Shown here: positions 9,101 to 18,134 of the stretch, piece after piece
Layout: every line of letters starts with the position of its first letter
How positions within the stretch are numbered: position 1 is the stretch's first letter
Assembly (NCBI GenBank): GCA_011772755.1
Contig: WVYX01000273.1
Location: 1-57,600 of the forward strand
Length of the DNA: 57,600 bases
Direction: 5' to 3'
From: Gemmatimonadales bacterium
Lineage (GTDB): Bacteria > Gemmatimonadota > Gemmatimonadetes > Gemmatimonadales > GWC2-71-9
Translations under genes and position numbers: made by a program
The notes under the pieces: model-generated
Databases searched by the model: none
The model's input: only the letters and a program-made list of their open reading frames with translations
Told to the model about the DNA's origin: nothing

Positions 9101-9615
9101 ACGCCCACCAGCATGCCGGAGAACCTGGCCAGCCGCGGCTGCTCCACATGGCGGCCGTACTCGATGGCAGCACAGCTCTCTACGGCACGCTCTACCAGTC
9201 GCTGAATGAGGGCAGGCGAGGGTGCAGTGCGGTCGCCACCGTCGTTGTCCGGACCGAACTCCACCGCGCTCAATACCTGTCCCTGGAGGGAGGGCTCATG
9301 CTCTTCCAGATACAGTGCCACCCGCTCGTCGGACACCTGGCTCCGCAGGGGCATCACCAGGAACCGGATGGCGATTCCTATGAGTGAAGCATACGCCAGC
9401 AGCCGAAACACCAGGATCGCCGAGGGCGTGAACCGGAACTGGTCCATGCCGTAGGCCGAAACAACGAAGACCACCAGGGCAGTGCTCACCAGGATCGCGA
9501 CGCCACGAACGGCGACCCGGAGTCGCCACCGGTTCCGCACCGAACGGATGACGCGGAGCAGGGCTTCGTGATCCGACAGCGTCGCGTGAGGCTGCGATTC
9601 GAACAAGCTTCGCAT
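6160..9615 (-). CDS. Large membrane-anchored Ig-like/coiled-coil protein (DUF4175-like)
   Basis: About 3 N-terminal TM helices, a beta-rich region (YRFPAYTGL, DDYGV), a long Q/E/R coiled coil with G/Q low complexity, and a C-terminal VPAEYRRLVEEYYKSL; GGAGGA RBS. Confidence 0.8.
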   Translation of the reverse strand: MRSLFESQPHATLSDHEALLRVIRSVRNRWRLRVAVRGVAILVSTALVVFVVSAYGMDQFRFTPSAILVFRLLAYASLIGIAIRFLVMPLRSQVSDERVALYLEEHEPSLQGQVLSAVEFGPDNDGGDRTAPSPALIQRLVERAVESCAAIEYGRHVEQPRLARFSGMLVGVTLMSAAVFLLRPGFVANSAPFLLAPWSTGPASSPYSIEVEPGDAAVPRGADLKVTARLRNFDSELVEIALKRGDEEQWVRWPMTIDEEVGEYVFLAFNLEQATEYLVEASGVRSAVYRIEVRDLPYVDRIDLEYRFPAYTGLSPQRYEDGGDIAALAGTRVVLTVIPTMPVDGGAIVIDERDTIPLESADGILTGTLQVRRDGLYRVVLHSLDGTEVVGSPDYYIDALSDQPPAVSFAKPGRDITVTSIEEVFVEVEAEDDYGVGQLELVYSVNGGPEQIVELYTGGGARKQLLAGHTFYLEETELQPGDFISYFARATDGNRVGGPQTTTTDIYFMEVRPFDRRYRQAEAQGGGGGGAGDNVGELSRRQRQIVAATFKLVRDSTEYTGSEMRENLATLALAQGRLREEVETLVRRIEGRRVVELDSTFRAVAEALPQAVKEMEVAEESLGVRKLQEALSPEQRALQHLQRAEAAFRDRMVSQGGGGGQAASAEELADLFDLELDKLRNQYESVDRGERRQVDQQIDEVLEKLRELARRQQQENERMRAGAQNLNSAGGGGGQAQRRLADQAEEVARRLERLAREQSRPDLQETARRLGDAVEAMRRAAANQRSGGAAQGSAALDRLREARRLLEENRSASLEREVRDALRRAERLAEQERDVIRDVERLGQDETGRAERVKRLVERKDEMASEADDLESQLLDLARNSRDEQPDASRKLQEAAKGMRDARLADKIRFSRGVVQGRSPEYARNFEEQIGSDLDELAQQLRDALGAIGESREQRLSRSLDRARELVNALESLDERMRARGEEGQRGQESQQGQQGQGRQQGRQGQGRQEAQEGVAPSELGGAPPRGGGPGQLSPGDVRQFRRELAERRSELTELRRELQREGVDVQRLDEILRGVRALENRLPIGDPRGLAELAGDIIPGLKEFEYALRRQIEGADVERLFLSGSEEVPAEYRRLVEEYYKSLSRNRRQQ

Positions 9616-9639
9616 CACGTCCTCCAGGTGCGGTTGAGC

Positions 9640-11745
9640 CTAGCGTGCGGCACGTGACAGCCGGGTGGCCAGGGCGGTTTCGGCGAGCAGGAGTAGCAGG
9701 ACGGCCACTAAGAGATACCACCACAGGCCCTGGCGACGTTCCCTCTGAGCCGGCGTGAGCGCGGCGGCCAACGTCGCCGCTCGATCGTCACCGTCGCCCC
9801 TGGGAGTGACTGCCCCGACCAGTTCCTCCGGGTCGAGGGGCGTCAGATCCGACTCCACATAGTCGAGATTGACGGCCACGACTCTGCGCTCAAAGGCAGT
9901 CCCCTCCATGGGCCGGATGACGTAGAAGCCGTGCCCGCGGAGCTCGAGGTGGCGGCGGTCTCCTCCCGCTGAAGCCATGAACCGCTCGCCGGAGGGCGTC
10001 TCGATGACCAGCTCCTGCTGTTCCTCATCCGCCTCGAGCGCCGGCGGCGCTCCCCACGGTTGCGCCGTCGGGTCGAGGGCCAGATCGACCACCTGACCCG
10101 CCGTGTACCACGGTGGAGCCTGGCGGTAGCCCGACAGATGTCGGGCGACCTCGTGCACGAACGGGAGAAACACCGGCTGGACCGGCAGATCATTCCACAG
10201 GTTGGCGAGCCCGGCGGTCCACACCATCACTCTGCCCGCCCCCGCGGCAACTTCCGTAAGGGCAATCGCCCCGTCGTCGAACCGGGCGAGTACCGCAGCC
10301 GCGGGTGGGCCCTCGTAGCGGCGGTATCGGAAAAACCGCGTGGCCGAGAAGTCTCCACTCCGCGGCGCACTGAACGGCGCGAACACCGGATGACTGTACT
10401 CCAAGATGCTCAGTGTCCCGCCGCGCCCACCCAGCCGGTCCACCACCGTTCCGGGACCCGGCCCGAGCAACCCGGCCACGTCGGCGGTCCACGCTCCCTG
10501 GCCGCTGCGCCGACCGAGCACCACGAGGAGACCACCACCCCCCGCGACGAACTGGCGCAGCCTCTGTCCGGCGGCGCCCCGAGGGAACGGCGCGTCGCTG
10601 AGGATCACCAGCGCCCGTTCATCCAGGTCGCTGGGCACGAACTGCGTCACGCGCTTTACCTCGATATCGAACGGGGGATCGTACCCGATACTCAGCGCGC
10701 GTCGCAGATAGAGCGTCTCGGACGAGCGAGCGCTGGGATGCTGCAGGACGAGGATCGGCACCGCGCGAACGGGGGCAACCACGAAGTGGAATGCGTCGTC
10801 CTGGGACAGCCGGTCCCCCTCTACCCACACGCGCCCCGGTGTGACCCGGTCAGGCACGGCCAGCGCCCCAAAACGCACCGTTGCTGACCCGTCCGACGGA
10901 AGGTCGACAGACCGGCGCTGCAGCTCCTGGCCATCGATCTCCAGGACCACCGGCAGATCGGAGACCGGCACCGTGGCGGCATTTGCCACGCGCGCCGATA
11001 CTGCCACGCGGTTGGAACCCGACTGCGGCGAGCGGTCGAGCAGCACTCCGGTGACCGCCAGGTTGGCGGGCTCGGGATCGGAGAGGTCGATCGGCCTGAT
11101 GACGGTTCCCTCCGGCAAGCGGAGATCTTGCTGCCCCTCCCAGCCCACTCTCTGAAAGTCCGTGATGAGCACGACCTCCCGCTGAGGCAGGTCTGAAGCC
11201 TCGAGCAGATCTCTGGCCAACTGGAACGCGGGACCGTACTGCGTGCTACCGGAACCCAGTTTGGCGCGATCGAGCACTCTATGGAGGGTGGTACCGTCTC
11301 CACTGCGGTGATTCGCCGCCTCCGCCCCATCCGAGAACAGCACGATGGTCGCCCGGTCGTCGTGCTCCAGACCGTCGATCGCCCGTCGCGCAGCGGCCAC
11401 GGCACGAGACCAGCGGTCCCCGTACCCCATGCTGTAGGAACGGTCCAGGAGAATCACCACCTCTCGCGCCGTTCCCAGCACCGCTGGACCGAGGGACGCC
11501 CTCTCCAGCAGCGGGCGCGCGAACGCCGCAGCCACCAGCAGGATGGCAGCCACGCGCAACAGGAACAGCAGCCAGTGTCGAATCCGCTGCCGTCGCACCG
11601 TGCGGTACGGCACCCGGCGCAGGAACATGAGCGACGGAAATTGAATCGCGTCACGCCGCTCCCGATGGGTGAGGTGGATCAGGATCGGGATGGCCAGGGC
11701 CGCGAGGCCCGCAAGGAACAGCGGCGCGAGGAATGTGAAGCCCAT
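9640..11745 (-). CDS. BatA N-terminal + vWA domain membrane protein
   Basis: FLAPLFLAGLAALAIPILIHL...FPSLMFL (BatA), MIDAS LDRSYSM, ITDFQ, an Ig-like and a GATase-like region, ESDL, C-terminal TM. Confidence 0.88.
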   Translation of the reverse strand: MGFTFLAPLFLAGLAALAIPILIHLTHRERRDAIQFPSLMFLRRVPYRTVRRQRIRHWLLFLLRVAAILLVAAAFARPLLERASLGPAVLGTAREVVILLDRSYSMGYGDRWSRAVAAARRAIDGLEHDDRATIVLFSDGAEAANHRSGDGTTLHRVLDRAKLGSGSTQYGPAFQLARDLLEASDLPQREVVLITDFQRVGWEGQQDLRLPEGTVIRPIDLSDPEPANLAVTGVLLDRSPQSGSNRVAVSARVANAATVPVSDLPVVLEIDGQELQRRSVDLPSDGSATVRFGALAVPDRVTPGRVWVEGDRLSQDDAFHFVVAPVRAVPILVLQHPSARSSETLYLRRALSIGYDPPFDIEVKRVTQFVPSDLDERALVILSDAPFPRGAAGQRLRQFVAGGGGLLVVLGRRSGQGAWTADVAGLLGPGPGTVVDRLGGRGGTLSILEYSHPVFAPFSAPRSGDFSATRFFRYRRYEGPPAAAVLARFDDGAIALTEVAAGAGRVMVWTAGLANLWNDLPVQPVFLPFVHEVARHLSGYRQAPPWYTAGQVVDLALDPTAQPWGAPPALEADEEQQELVIETPSGERFMASAGGDRRHLELRGHGFYVIRPMEGTAFERRVVAVNLDYVESDLTPLDPEELVGAVTPRGDGDDRAATLAAALTPAQRERRQGLWWYLLVAVLLLLLAETALATRLSRAAR

Positions 11746-12638
11746 TATCGCACCCGGCTCAGCCGCTGGCGACGGGAGAGGTACTCGAACAGGGCGTAGT
11801 CCAACGGCTGCGACGTATCGAAGAAGGAGTAGTCGATCTGGCTCTGCGCCATGCGATCGGCGAGCGTCTCCAGGTGCTGCGACATCAAGGTGCGATACTC
11901 ATCTCGCAGCGTCTCTGGGACCACCGGGATGCGGTCGCCACTCTCCAGGTCCTCGAATTGGGCCGCTTCTTCGAAGGGGAACTCAACCTCCGCGGGATCG
12001 AGAATGTGGAATACGATCACGTCGTTTCCCGTGTATCGCAGGCGATTCACGGCGCGCATGATAGTGGCGGGCTCCTCGTACAGATCGGAGATGAGCACGA
12101 GGATACTCCGCCGTCGGATGCTCTCGGTGACCTTGAGCAGGGGTCCTTCGATATCTCCCCGGCGGCCAGCCTGGATCCGGGCGATCGTATGCAGCACGAT
12201 CTCGAGGTGCTTGGCCGAGCTCGGTACGAACTCGAGGACCTTGTCGTCGAACGTGACGATGCCGACCCGATCCCTCTGGCGGCGCGAGAAGTAGGCGAGG
12301 CAGGCAGCCAGGTATCGGCCGTAGTCGAGCTTGGTGATCCCGCGGCTGCCGTACTGCATTGACCCGGACACGTCGAACAGCACGCTGAAGTTGGCGTTGG
12401 TGTCGGCTTCGAACTCCTTCACGTAGAACCGGTCGGTGCGGCCGAACACGCGCCAATCCATCCGACGGATATCGTCGCCCGGCATGTACGGACGGTGTTC
12501 CGCGAAGTCGATGGAAAGGCCGAAGTACGGCGAGTGGTGCAGGCCGTTGATGAACCCATCCACCACCGTCCGGGCCAGCAGCTCGAGGCTGCCAATCCTG
12601 GACAACACGGTTGGGTCGAGAAAGCGGGTAGCCGTCAC
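11745..12638 (-). CDS. DUF58 family vWA-like protein
   Basis: GLHHSPYFGLSIDFAEHRPYMPGDDIRRMDWR, DVSGSM, ISDL. Confidence 0.92.
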   Translation of the reverse strand: MTATRFLDPTVLSRIGSLELLARTVVDGFINGLHHSPYFGLSIDFAEHRPYMPGDDIRRMDWRVFGRTDRFYVKEFEADTNANFSVLFDVSGSMQYGSRGITKLDYGRYLAACLAYFSRRQRDRVGIVTFDDKVLEFVPSSAKHLEIVLHTIARIQAGRRGDIEGPLLKVTESIRRRSILVLISDLYEEPATIMRAVNRLRYTGNDVIVFHILDPAEVEFPFEEAAQFEDLESGDRIPVVPETLRDEYRTLMSQHLETLADRMAQSQIDYSFFDTSQPLDYALFEYLSRRQRLSRVR

Positions 12639-13663
12639 ATTCCGGATTTCGGCGTCGGCACCGCGTCGAGCAGCTGGTCGATGAGCTCGTCGGACGTGAT
12701 GAGCTCGGACTCCGCGTGGAAGTTCTTCAAGATCCGATGCCGCAAGACCGGGTGAGCCAGGGCCCGAATGTCATCGAAGGTGACATGGTAGCGCCCGTCT
12801 ACCAGCGCACGAGCCTTCGCACCGAGAATGAGGTACTGAGCCGCCCGCACGCTGGCACCGTACGAGACCCACTTCTTGATGAAGTCGGGTGCCCCATTCT
12901 CACTCGGTCGGCTGGTCCGCACCAGGTTCACCGTATACCGCAGCACGGCGTCGGACACCGGGACTTTCCGCACCAGCTCCTGGAAGGCCACGATATCTCG
13001 CCCCGTGACGGCATGCTCGAAACGGTAGTCCTCCACTGCCGTGGTGTTGCGGACGATCTCGAGCTCCTCATCCTCCGGTGAGTATTCGATCACGATGTTG
13101 AACATGAAGCGATCGAGCTGGGCTTCCGGCAGCGGATAGGTTCCTTCCAGCTCGATGGGGTTCTGCGTGGCGAACACGAAGAAGGGCTCTTCGAGAGCGT
13201 AGGTTCGTCCCTGCACCGTGACCCGATGCTCCTGCATGGCCTCCAACAACGCGGCCTGGGTCTTGGGCGGTGTGCGGTTGATCTCATCGGCCAGCACGAT
13301 GTTCGCGAAGATCGGCCCCGGCATGAACACCATCTGCCGCTGACCAGTCTTTGGATCTTCCTGCACCAAGTCGGTGCCGGTAATGTCCGAAGGCATCAGG
13401 TCAGGCGTGAACTGAATGCGGGAAAACTTGAGATCCAGAACTTCAGCGATGGTGTGGATCAGGAGCGTCTTCGCTAATCCCGGCACGCCGACGATCAGGC
13501 TGTTGCCACCCACAAACAGCGAGAGGAGGACCTGATCAACCACGTCTTGCTGCCCCACGATGAGCTTCCGGAGCTCCTCCAGTATACGCTCGCGCCCAGC
13601 GTTCAGCCGATCAGCCAGCGCTATGTCGTCGGTCTCATCCAGGGCCACTTGTTGAGTTGTCAT
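12635..13663 (-). CDS. moxR: MoxR family AAA+ ATPase
   Basis: Walker A GVPGLAKT, RIQFTPDLMPSD, Walker B LADEINR, ATQNPIELEGTYPLPEAQLDRF. Confidence 0.95.
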   Translation of the reverse strand: MTTQQVALDETDDIALADRLNAGRERILEELRKLIVGQQDVVDQVLLSLFVGGNSLIVGVPGLAKTLLIHTIAEVLDLKFSRIQFTPDLMPSDITGTDLVQEDPKTGQRQMVFMPGPIFANIVLADEINRTPPKTQAALLEAMQEHRVTVQGRTYALEEPFFVFATQNPIELEGTYPLPEAQLDRFMFNIVIEYSPEDEELEIVRNTTAVEDYRFEHAVTGRDIVAFQELVRKVPVSDAVLRYTVNLVRTSRPSENGAPDFIKKWVSYGASVRAAQYLILGAKARALVDGRYHVTFDDIRALAHPVLRHRILKNFHAESELITSDELIDQLLDAVPTPKSGM

Positions 13664-13673
13664 GAGTCTCCCG

Positions 13674-14480
13674 TTAGTGGGTCATCGCGTAGACGATGTA
13701 GTTGATGCCGAGCTTGTAGGCCTCGTTCGTCAGGTCGATCGGTATCCAACCCGTATCCGACCACTCCCACGACTCACCGATGTCATTGTTGTAGTTGGCG
13801 ATCACCATCAACCGCTTGTTGGGATCGTTGTCCTCGAAGACGCCGTAGAACACGGATGGCACGAACCGATACGGATGGATGTACTGATCTAGCGACTCGA
13901 TCTCGAAGAAGGAGTGAAAGATCGGATGGGACGCGTCGAGCCTCACCAACCGGTGGTTCGGCAGTACCCGCCGCATCTGCTCCTCGAAATTGAACCAGTG
14001 GCCGCCCACGAAATCATCGAAGATGACGAAGCCGCCCTTGTGGAGGTAGTCCCGGAACCCTTCCACCTCGGCCTCAGTCAGGGTCCAGTAGCCCGGCTCC
14101 GACATGTATGCCACCGGATACTTGAACAGCTCAGGGTCATCCAACGCCAGGATGTTGCTCGCGTTCGTGAGCGGGCTCAGCGTGGTGACCTCACTGAGAA
14201 TCCTGGTGAAATGCCGTTCCGCCCGGGGATAGTCGTGATCCCACTGGTAGTTGACACCACCGAAGAAGCCTCCGCCCCCGCCCCAGCCGATCGCGGTCGG
14301 CGTGAACCGAAGCCGTACGAAGGCGAAGCGCCCATCGTAGGGTACGTTGAATTCCTCGAAGTTCACGTTCTCGGGCGGCGGGCGCCGGGGAAAGCTCCTC
14401 GAACGGCGCTGCCCTTCCAGCGGAGACACCGTGAGCGCCAGCGCCGCAACGAGCAGCACCGAACGAGCTGCACAGGCCAT
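13674..14480 (-). CDS. DUF4159 domain protein with signal peptide
   Basis: Probable start MACAARSVLL; FAFVRLRF, WDHDYP, GGFVIFDDF, HPIFHSFF, NNDIGESWEW, GINYIVYAMTH. Confidence 0.85.
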   Translation of the reverse strand: MACAARSVLLVAALALTVSPLEGQRRSRSFPRRPPPENVNFEEFNVPYDGRFAFVRLRFTPTAIGWGGGGGFFGGVNYQWDHDYPRAERHFTRILSEVTTLSPLTNASNILALDDPELFKYPVAYMSEPGYWTLTEAEVEGFRDYLHKGGFVIFDDFVGGHWFNFEEQMRRVLPNHRLVRLDASHPIFHSFFEIESLDQYIHPYRFVPSVFYGVFEDNDPNKRLMVIANYNNDIGESWEWSDTGWIPIDLTNEAYKLGINYIVYAMTH

Positions 14481-14481
14481 G

Positions 14482-17142
14482 CTAGCGATCCTTCCGCGCA
14501 TCGTGAATCTCCAACAACAGGTCCTGTGCCGCAGCATAGTTGGGGGCGATCTCGAGGGCCTGAACCACCGTTCGTCGGGCGCTCTCCCGATCTCCCGCAC
14601 TGAAGTATGCCCGCGCCAGCTGGTACAGGGCTTTGGCGCGATCGACGGGATCCAACGCCACCGCCGCACGGCGCTCCCGGATCGCCCGCCCCCAGTCCCC
14701 GAGCTCCGCCGACAGCTCGGCCAGACGACGATGAACGGCAATGTCCATTGGGTAGACGTACAGGGCGCGATCCAGGGCTTCCGCGGCACCCTTGCTATCC
14801 TGTAACGACTCCTGAAGGCCGGCAAGTTCCAGGAAGGCCTGGTAGTTGCCACCGTTGATGGCCGTCAGGGCAAGGAGCTCCTCGACCGCCTTGCGCGCTG
14901 CTCCCTGCCGCTTGTGGATGAGCGCAAGGTGCCAGTACGGGTTCCCGGGCCCCGCATATTCGGGAAACAGCGACTTGGCCCGTTCCAGGTGGGGAACGGC
15001 TTCATCCAGCCGACCTTCGGCTGTGAGCATCTGGCCCATAGCCAGTTGTGCCGCGAAGTCGTCAGGATCACGCCGTACCCGTTCCGCCACCTCGTCTCGG
15101 GAGCGCTTGCCGTGCGCCCCCAACAGCTCAACCGAGCCGAGGGCCGCAAGCGCTCTGCCGAAGCGATCCCGCAGGTACCGTTCGAACACTTCATTGAAGG
15201 CCTCGAGGTCGGTGTGCAGCACCGACCGGAAGACCGCCGACGTGCTCCTACCGTCGCGATATCCCTGGAGCATGCGGCTGAGTGCCTGGGGACCGTGGTC
15301 GCGCTCGATCAGCTCGCACACCAACGACGCCTGGTAGTACGAGAACGCGACCTGCTCGGGATACTGGGGTCGCATGAACCCGTTGTTCAGCTCACCCACC
15401 GGCAGGAGTCTGCCCTCACGAAACGCCATGAGGAACCCGGGACTCACGTCGCCACCCCACCCGGGACGGGCGCGGCGTTCCTCTAACACCGCGAGGCCCT
15501 CTGAGAACCAGCGGGGCACCTTGTGGTCGGTCACGCCCAGATGGAACGTGTGGGCAATCTCATGCCACAGCGTCGAACCCCAGTTGAACGAGCCCAGCTC
15601 CCGCGCCGACGGCGAGTCCATGGCCAGCACGGGGCCGAAGCTCACCCCCAGAGCGCCGACGCCCACGAGCCCCACCGTGCGCACGGAAAAATCAGCGTGA
15701 CTGGGATAGACCTCCACGCGGATCGGAGTGGCGGGTCGGTACCCGTACCGCGCGGCGAGCCGGTCGTAGGCCTCTTCAGCGAGCTCGCCGGCATACAACG
15801 AGAGCAGCCGCGATTCCTTCCCGTCGATGACGAATCGGAAGCGAGCTGTCGCCGTCTCGGAGTAGTGGGCCAGCGTGTCGAGGAGGTCCAGAGTGTTCTT
15901 GGTCCAGACGTCGTACGGGTCACCCTCGAATGCGACCTCCAGGTTCTCCCGGCCGGCCTCCATCGAACCCACCCGAAGCTGGTTGATGCCAAGCAGGCCG
16001 TAACCGCGCCACGACTTGGGGTCCAGTTCGACCGCCTGTTGTGCGAACCGGACCGCCAGGTGATACAGGCGATTCCGGGCGCTCACCTCGGCCAGCGTAT
16101 TGTAAAAACCGGCGAACCGTGGGTTGAGAGAGAACGCACGGCGCCGGGCCTCGTCGAATCCGCCCTGGTCCCCCTGTAGAAACCGGATCGCAGCGAGCAC
16201 ACTGAGCGCTTGAAGAGTGGTAGAGTCGACCTCGAGTGCCCGCCCAACTTCGCGAGCGGCCTTGCCATAGTCCTCCAGCTCGATGTACAGGGTCGCGAGG
16301 AACACCCGGGCGGGGACGAGGTTAGGGTTGATCTCGATGCTCCGGCGCGCCAACTGGAGGGCCTCGGGCGACCCGGCGAACCGCCGGGTGCGCGCCAATC
16401 CGAGCAGGGCGCGAGGGTGGTTGGGGTTCTTGGCGAGAATGGAGTCGAACGTCTCGAGCGCCTCGGTGCCGCTGTACTTCTCCAAGAACAGCTCACCGAT
16501 TAGTAGCTGCGGCTCAAAGTCGTGCGGCGCGGCGGACACGGCTTCGTCATACGCCCGCAGCGCGTCTCTGTAGAGCTGCGGATCGTTCACACCCAGGTAG
16601 CGCACCGCTGTCGCCACGGCCGTTAGCTCATCTGAGTTCAGGCGCGGAGTTTGGTTGTAAACGTCGATGAAGGCGTCGAACTCACGCATCGCCTCGGCCA
16701 CGTCTCCGCGCTCGTACCGCAGGATGGCGAGGTTGAGCCGGGCGGCGAGGCTGTCTGATGCCCCGCCCCTCACAGCGTTGGCAAACGCCCGCTCGGCCTC
16801 ATCACGCCGCCCCTGACGCAAGAGCACCTCACCCAGGAGCGTCCAGAGCTCCGGGGAACGGGAGTTGCGCTCGACGAAGCGCCGCGCCGTGTGCTCCGCG
16901 TCCCGATACCGGCCTACCTCCCCCAGCGCCCGGACCAGGCCGCGGGCCGCTTCGGCGGACGCGGGTTGCCGCCGCACCAGGCGCGTGAAGCCGGAGATCG
17001 CATCGTCGTAACGTCCCTCGTTGTAGGCAGCCCGAGCACCGGCCAGTTCGCCTTGCGCCCATACGTACGGCGCCGTGAGGCAACTCAGCGCCGCCAACAA
17101 CGAGAGGGCCCGTCCCCAGCACGGCCTAGCGAGCATGATCAC
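14482..17142 (-). CDS. Exported TPR-repeat protein with a central gluzincin (peptidase MA-like) domain
   Basis: Signal peptide, many TPRs, WHEIAH...VPRWFSEGLA (HEXXH plus downstream E), then further TPRs. Confidence 0.85.
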   Translation of the reverse strand: MIMLARPCWGRALSLLAALSCLTAPYVWAQGELAGARAAYNEGRYDDAISGFTRLVRRQPASAEAARGLVRALGEVGRYRDAEHTARRFVERNSRSPELWTLLGEVLLRQGRRDEAERAFANAVRGGASDSLAARLNLAILRYERGDVAEAMREFDAFIDVYNQTPRLNSDELTAVATAVRYLGVNDPQLYRDALRAYDEAVSAAPHDFEPQLLIGELFLEKYSGTEALETFDSILAKNPNHPRALLGLARTRRFAGSPEALQLARRSIEINPNLVPARVFLATLYIELEDYGKAAREVGRALEVDSTTLQALSVLAAIRFLQGDQGGFDEARRRAFSLNPRFAGFYNTLAEVSARNRLYHLAVRFAQQAVELDPKSWRGYGLLGINQLRVGSMEAGRENLEVAFEGDPYDVWTKNTLDLLDTLAHYSETATARFRFVIDGKESRLLSLYAGELAEEAYDRLAARYGYRPATPIRVEVYPSHADFSVRTVGLVGVGALGVSFGPVLAMDSPSARELGSFNWGSTLWHEIAHTFHLGVTDHKVPRWFSEGLAVLEERRARPGWGGDVSPGFLMAFREGRLLPVGELNNGFMRPQYPEQVAFSYYQASLVCELIERDHGPQALSRMLQGYRDGRSTSAVFRSVLHTDLEAFNEVFERYLRDRFGRALAALGSVELLGAHGKRSRDEVAERVRRDPDDFAAQLAMGQMLTAEGRLDEAVPHLERAKSLFPEYAGPGNPYWHLALIHKRQGAARKAVEELLALTAINGGNYQAFLELAGLQESLQDSKGAAEALDRALYVYPMDIAVHRRLAELSAELGDWGRAIRERRAAVALDPVDRAKALYQLARAYFSAGDRESARRTVVQALEIAPNYAAAQDLLLEIHDARKDR

Positions 17143-18134
17143 GGCTGCTTCCCTTCGCGCTCGCGAATTGCACGGCTGGTGCGCGCCAACTCAAGCAGCA
17201 GGCGCTCCAGCTGCCTCTGGTATAGTTCAGCTGCCATCTCATCCTTGCGAGAACGCAGAGCAGCCAGTTGCTGCTCCAGTTGCTCCTTTCCCTTATACAA
17301 GGCCGCCAGCTCAGGATCGCTGATGACCCCGGCGCTCTGGGTGGGGCTGTGCAGAAACAGTCGCATCGCCATCCCGCCGTCGCCGGTGAGGGGATCGGGT
17401 TCGGTGCTCCCCCTACCGTCTCCGTCGTCGTCCAGCAAGGCGTGCTCGGTCAGCAGGCGGTTCTCGCTCTCGTAGGCCCGAGCAACCTCTCGGCGGGCGT
17501 AATTGAACGCCTCCAACACCGACACCCGTTCGTCCTTGTCCGTGTCGGCACCGTCCCCGGCGAAGGCAGCCACGAAATGGCCGGGGAAAATCGTCTCGTT
17601 CCGCTCAAAGCCCGACTTCGTGGCTGTTACGATGGCGCGGCGCTTGCCCGAGAGGACGGGGATGAACCCACCGCTGGCGCTGGAAAGGTTGGCGAAGACG
17701 ATCTCCTGCGTTGGAAATCTGGACAGCACGGCGGCGAAGTCCTCGGCGGTCATGTCGGGACCCGGGAGGTTGAACCGCATTTGTCCCCCCACCGCGCTAC
17801 CGTGTCCGACCAGGACAATGAAGATCCGTGCGGCGGGTTCCGCACGCGTTGCCAGGTCGTTCAACGCACCTTCGACATTCTGCTTGGTGGACTTGCCGGC
17901 GATGTCGGTGTGGCGGCCGGGCGACTCGGCGAGGTAGACAATGCTCTCATCGGGAAGATGAAATCGATCCCGTGCCGCTCCCACCAGTGTCGTGCACCAC
18001 TCTTCGAACACCTGACTGTACTTGGGCTCGCCGCCGATACCGCTCACTACCACCAGGTAGGTCTGCGCCATGACGTCCATCGGCCGGACCACCAGGGCAC
18101 CGCCCAGCACTGCCGCGAGCCACGTCCGCCTCAC
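17139..18134 (-). CDS. Exported caspase/legumain-like fold protein with a C-terminal coiled coil
   Basis: GTG at 18134 overlaps the upstream stop; LVVVSGIGG, IVLVGHGS, ANLSSASGGF, IVTATK, EF-hand-like ADTDKDERVSVLEAF. Confidence 0.6.
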   Translation of the reverse strand: MRRTWLAAVLGGALVVRPMDVMAQTYLVVVSGIGGEPKYSQVFEEWCTTLVGAARDRFHLPDESIVYLAESPGRHTDIAGKSTKQNVEGALNDLATRAEPAARIFIVLVGHGSAVGGQMRFNLPGPDMTAEDFAAVLSRFPTQEIVFANLSSASGGFIPVLSGKRRAIVTATKSGFERNETIFPGHFVAAFAGDGADTDKDERVSVLEAFNYARREVARAYESENRLLTEHALLDDDGDGRGSTEPDPLTGDGGMAMRLFLHSPTQSAGVISDPELAALYKGKEQLEQQLAALRSRKDEMAAELYQRQLERLLLELARTSRAIREREGKQP

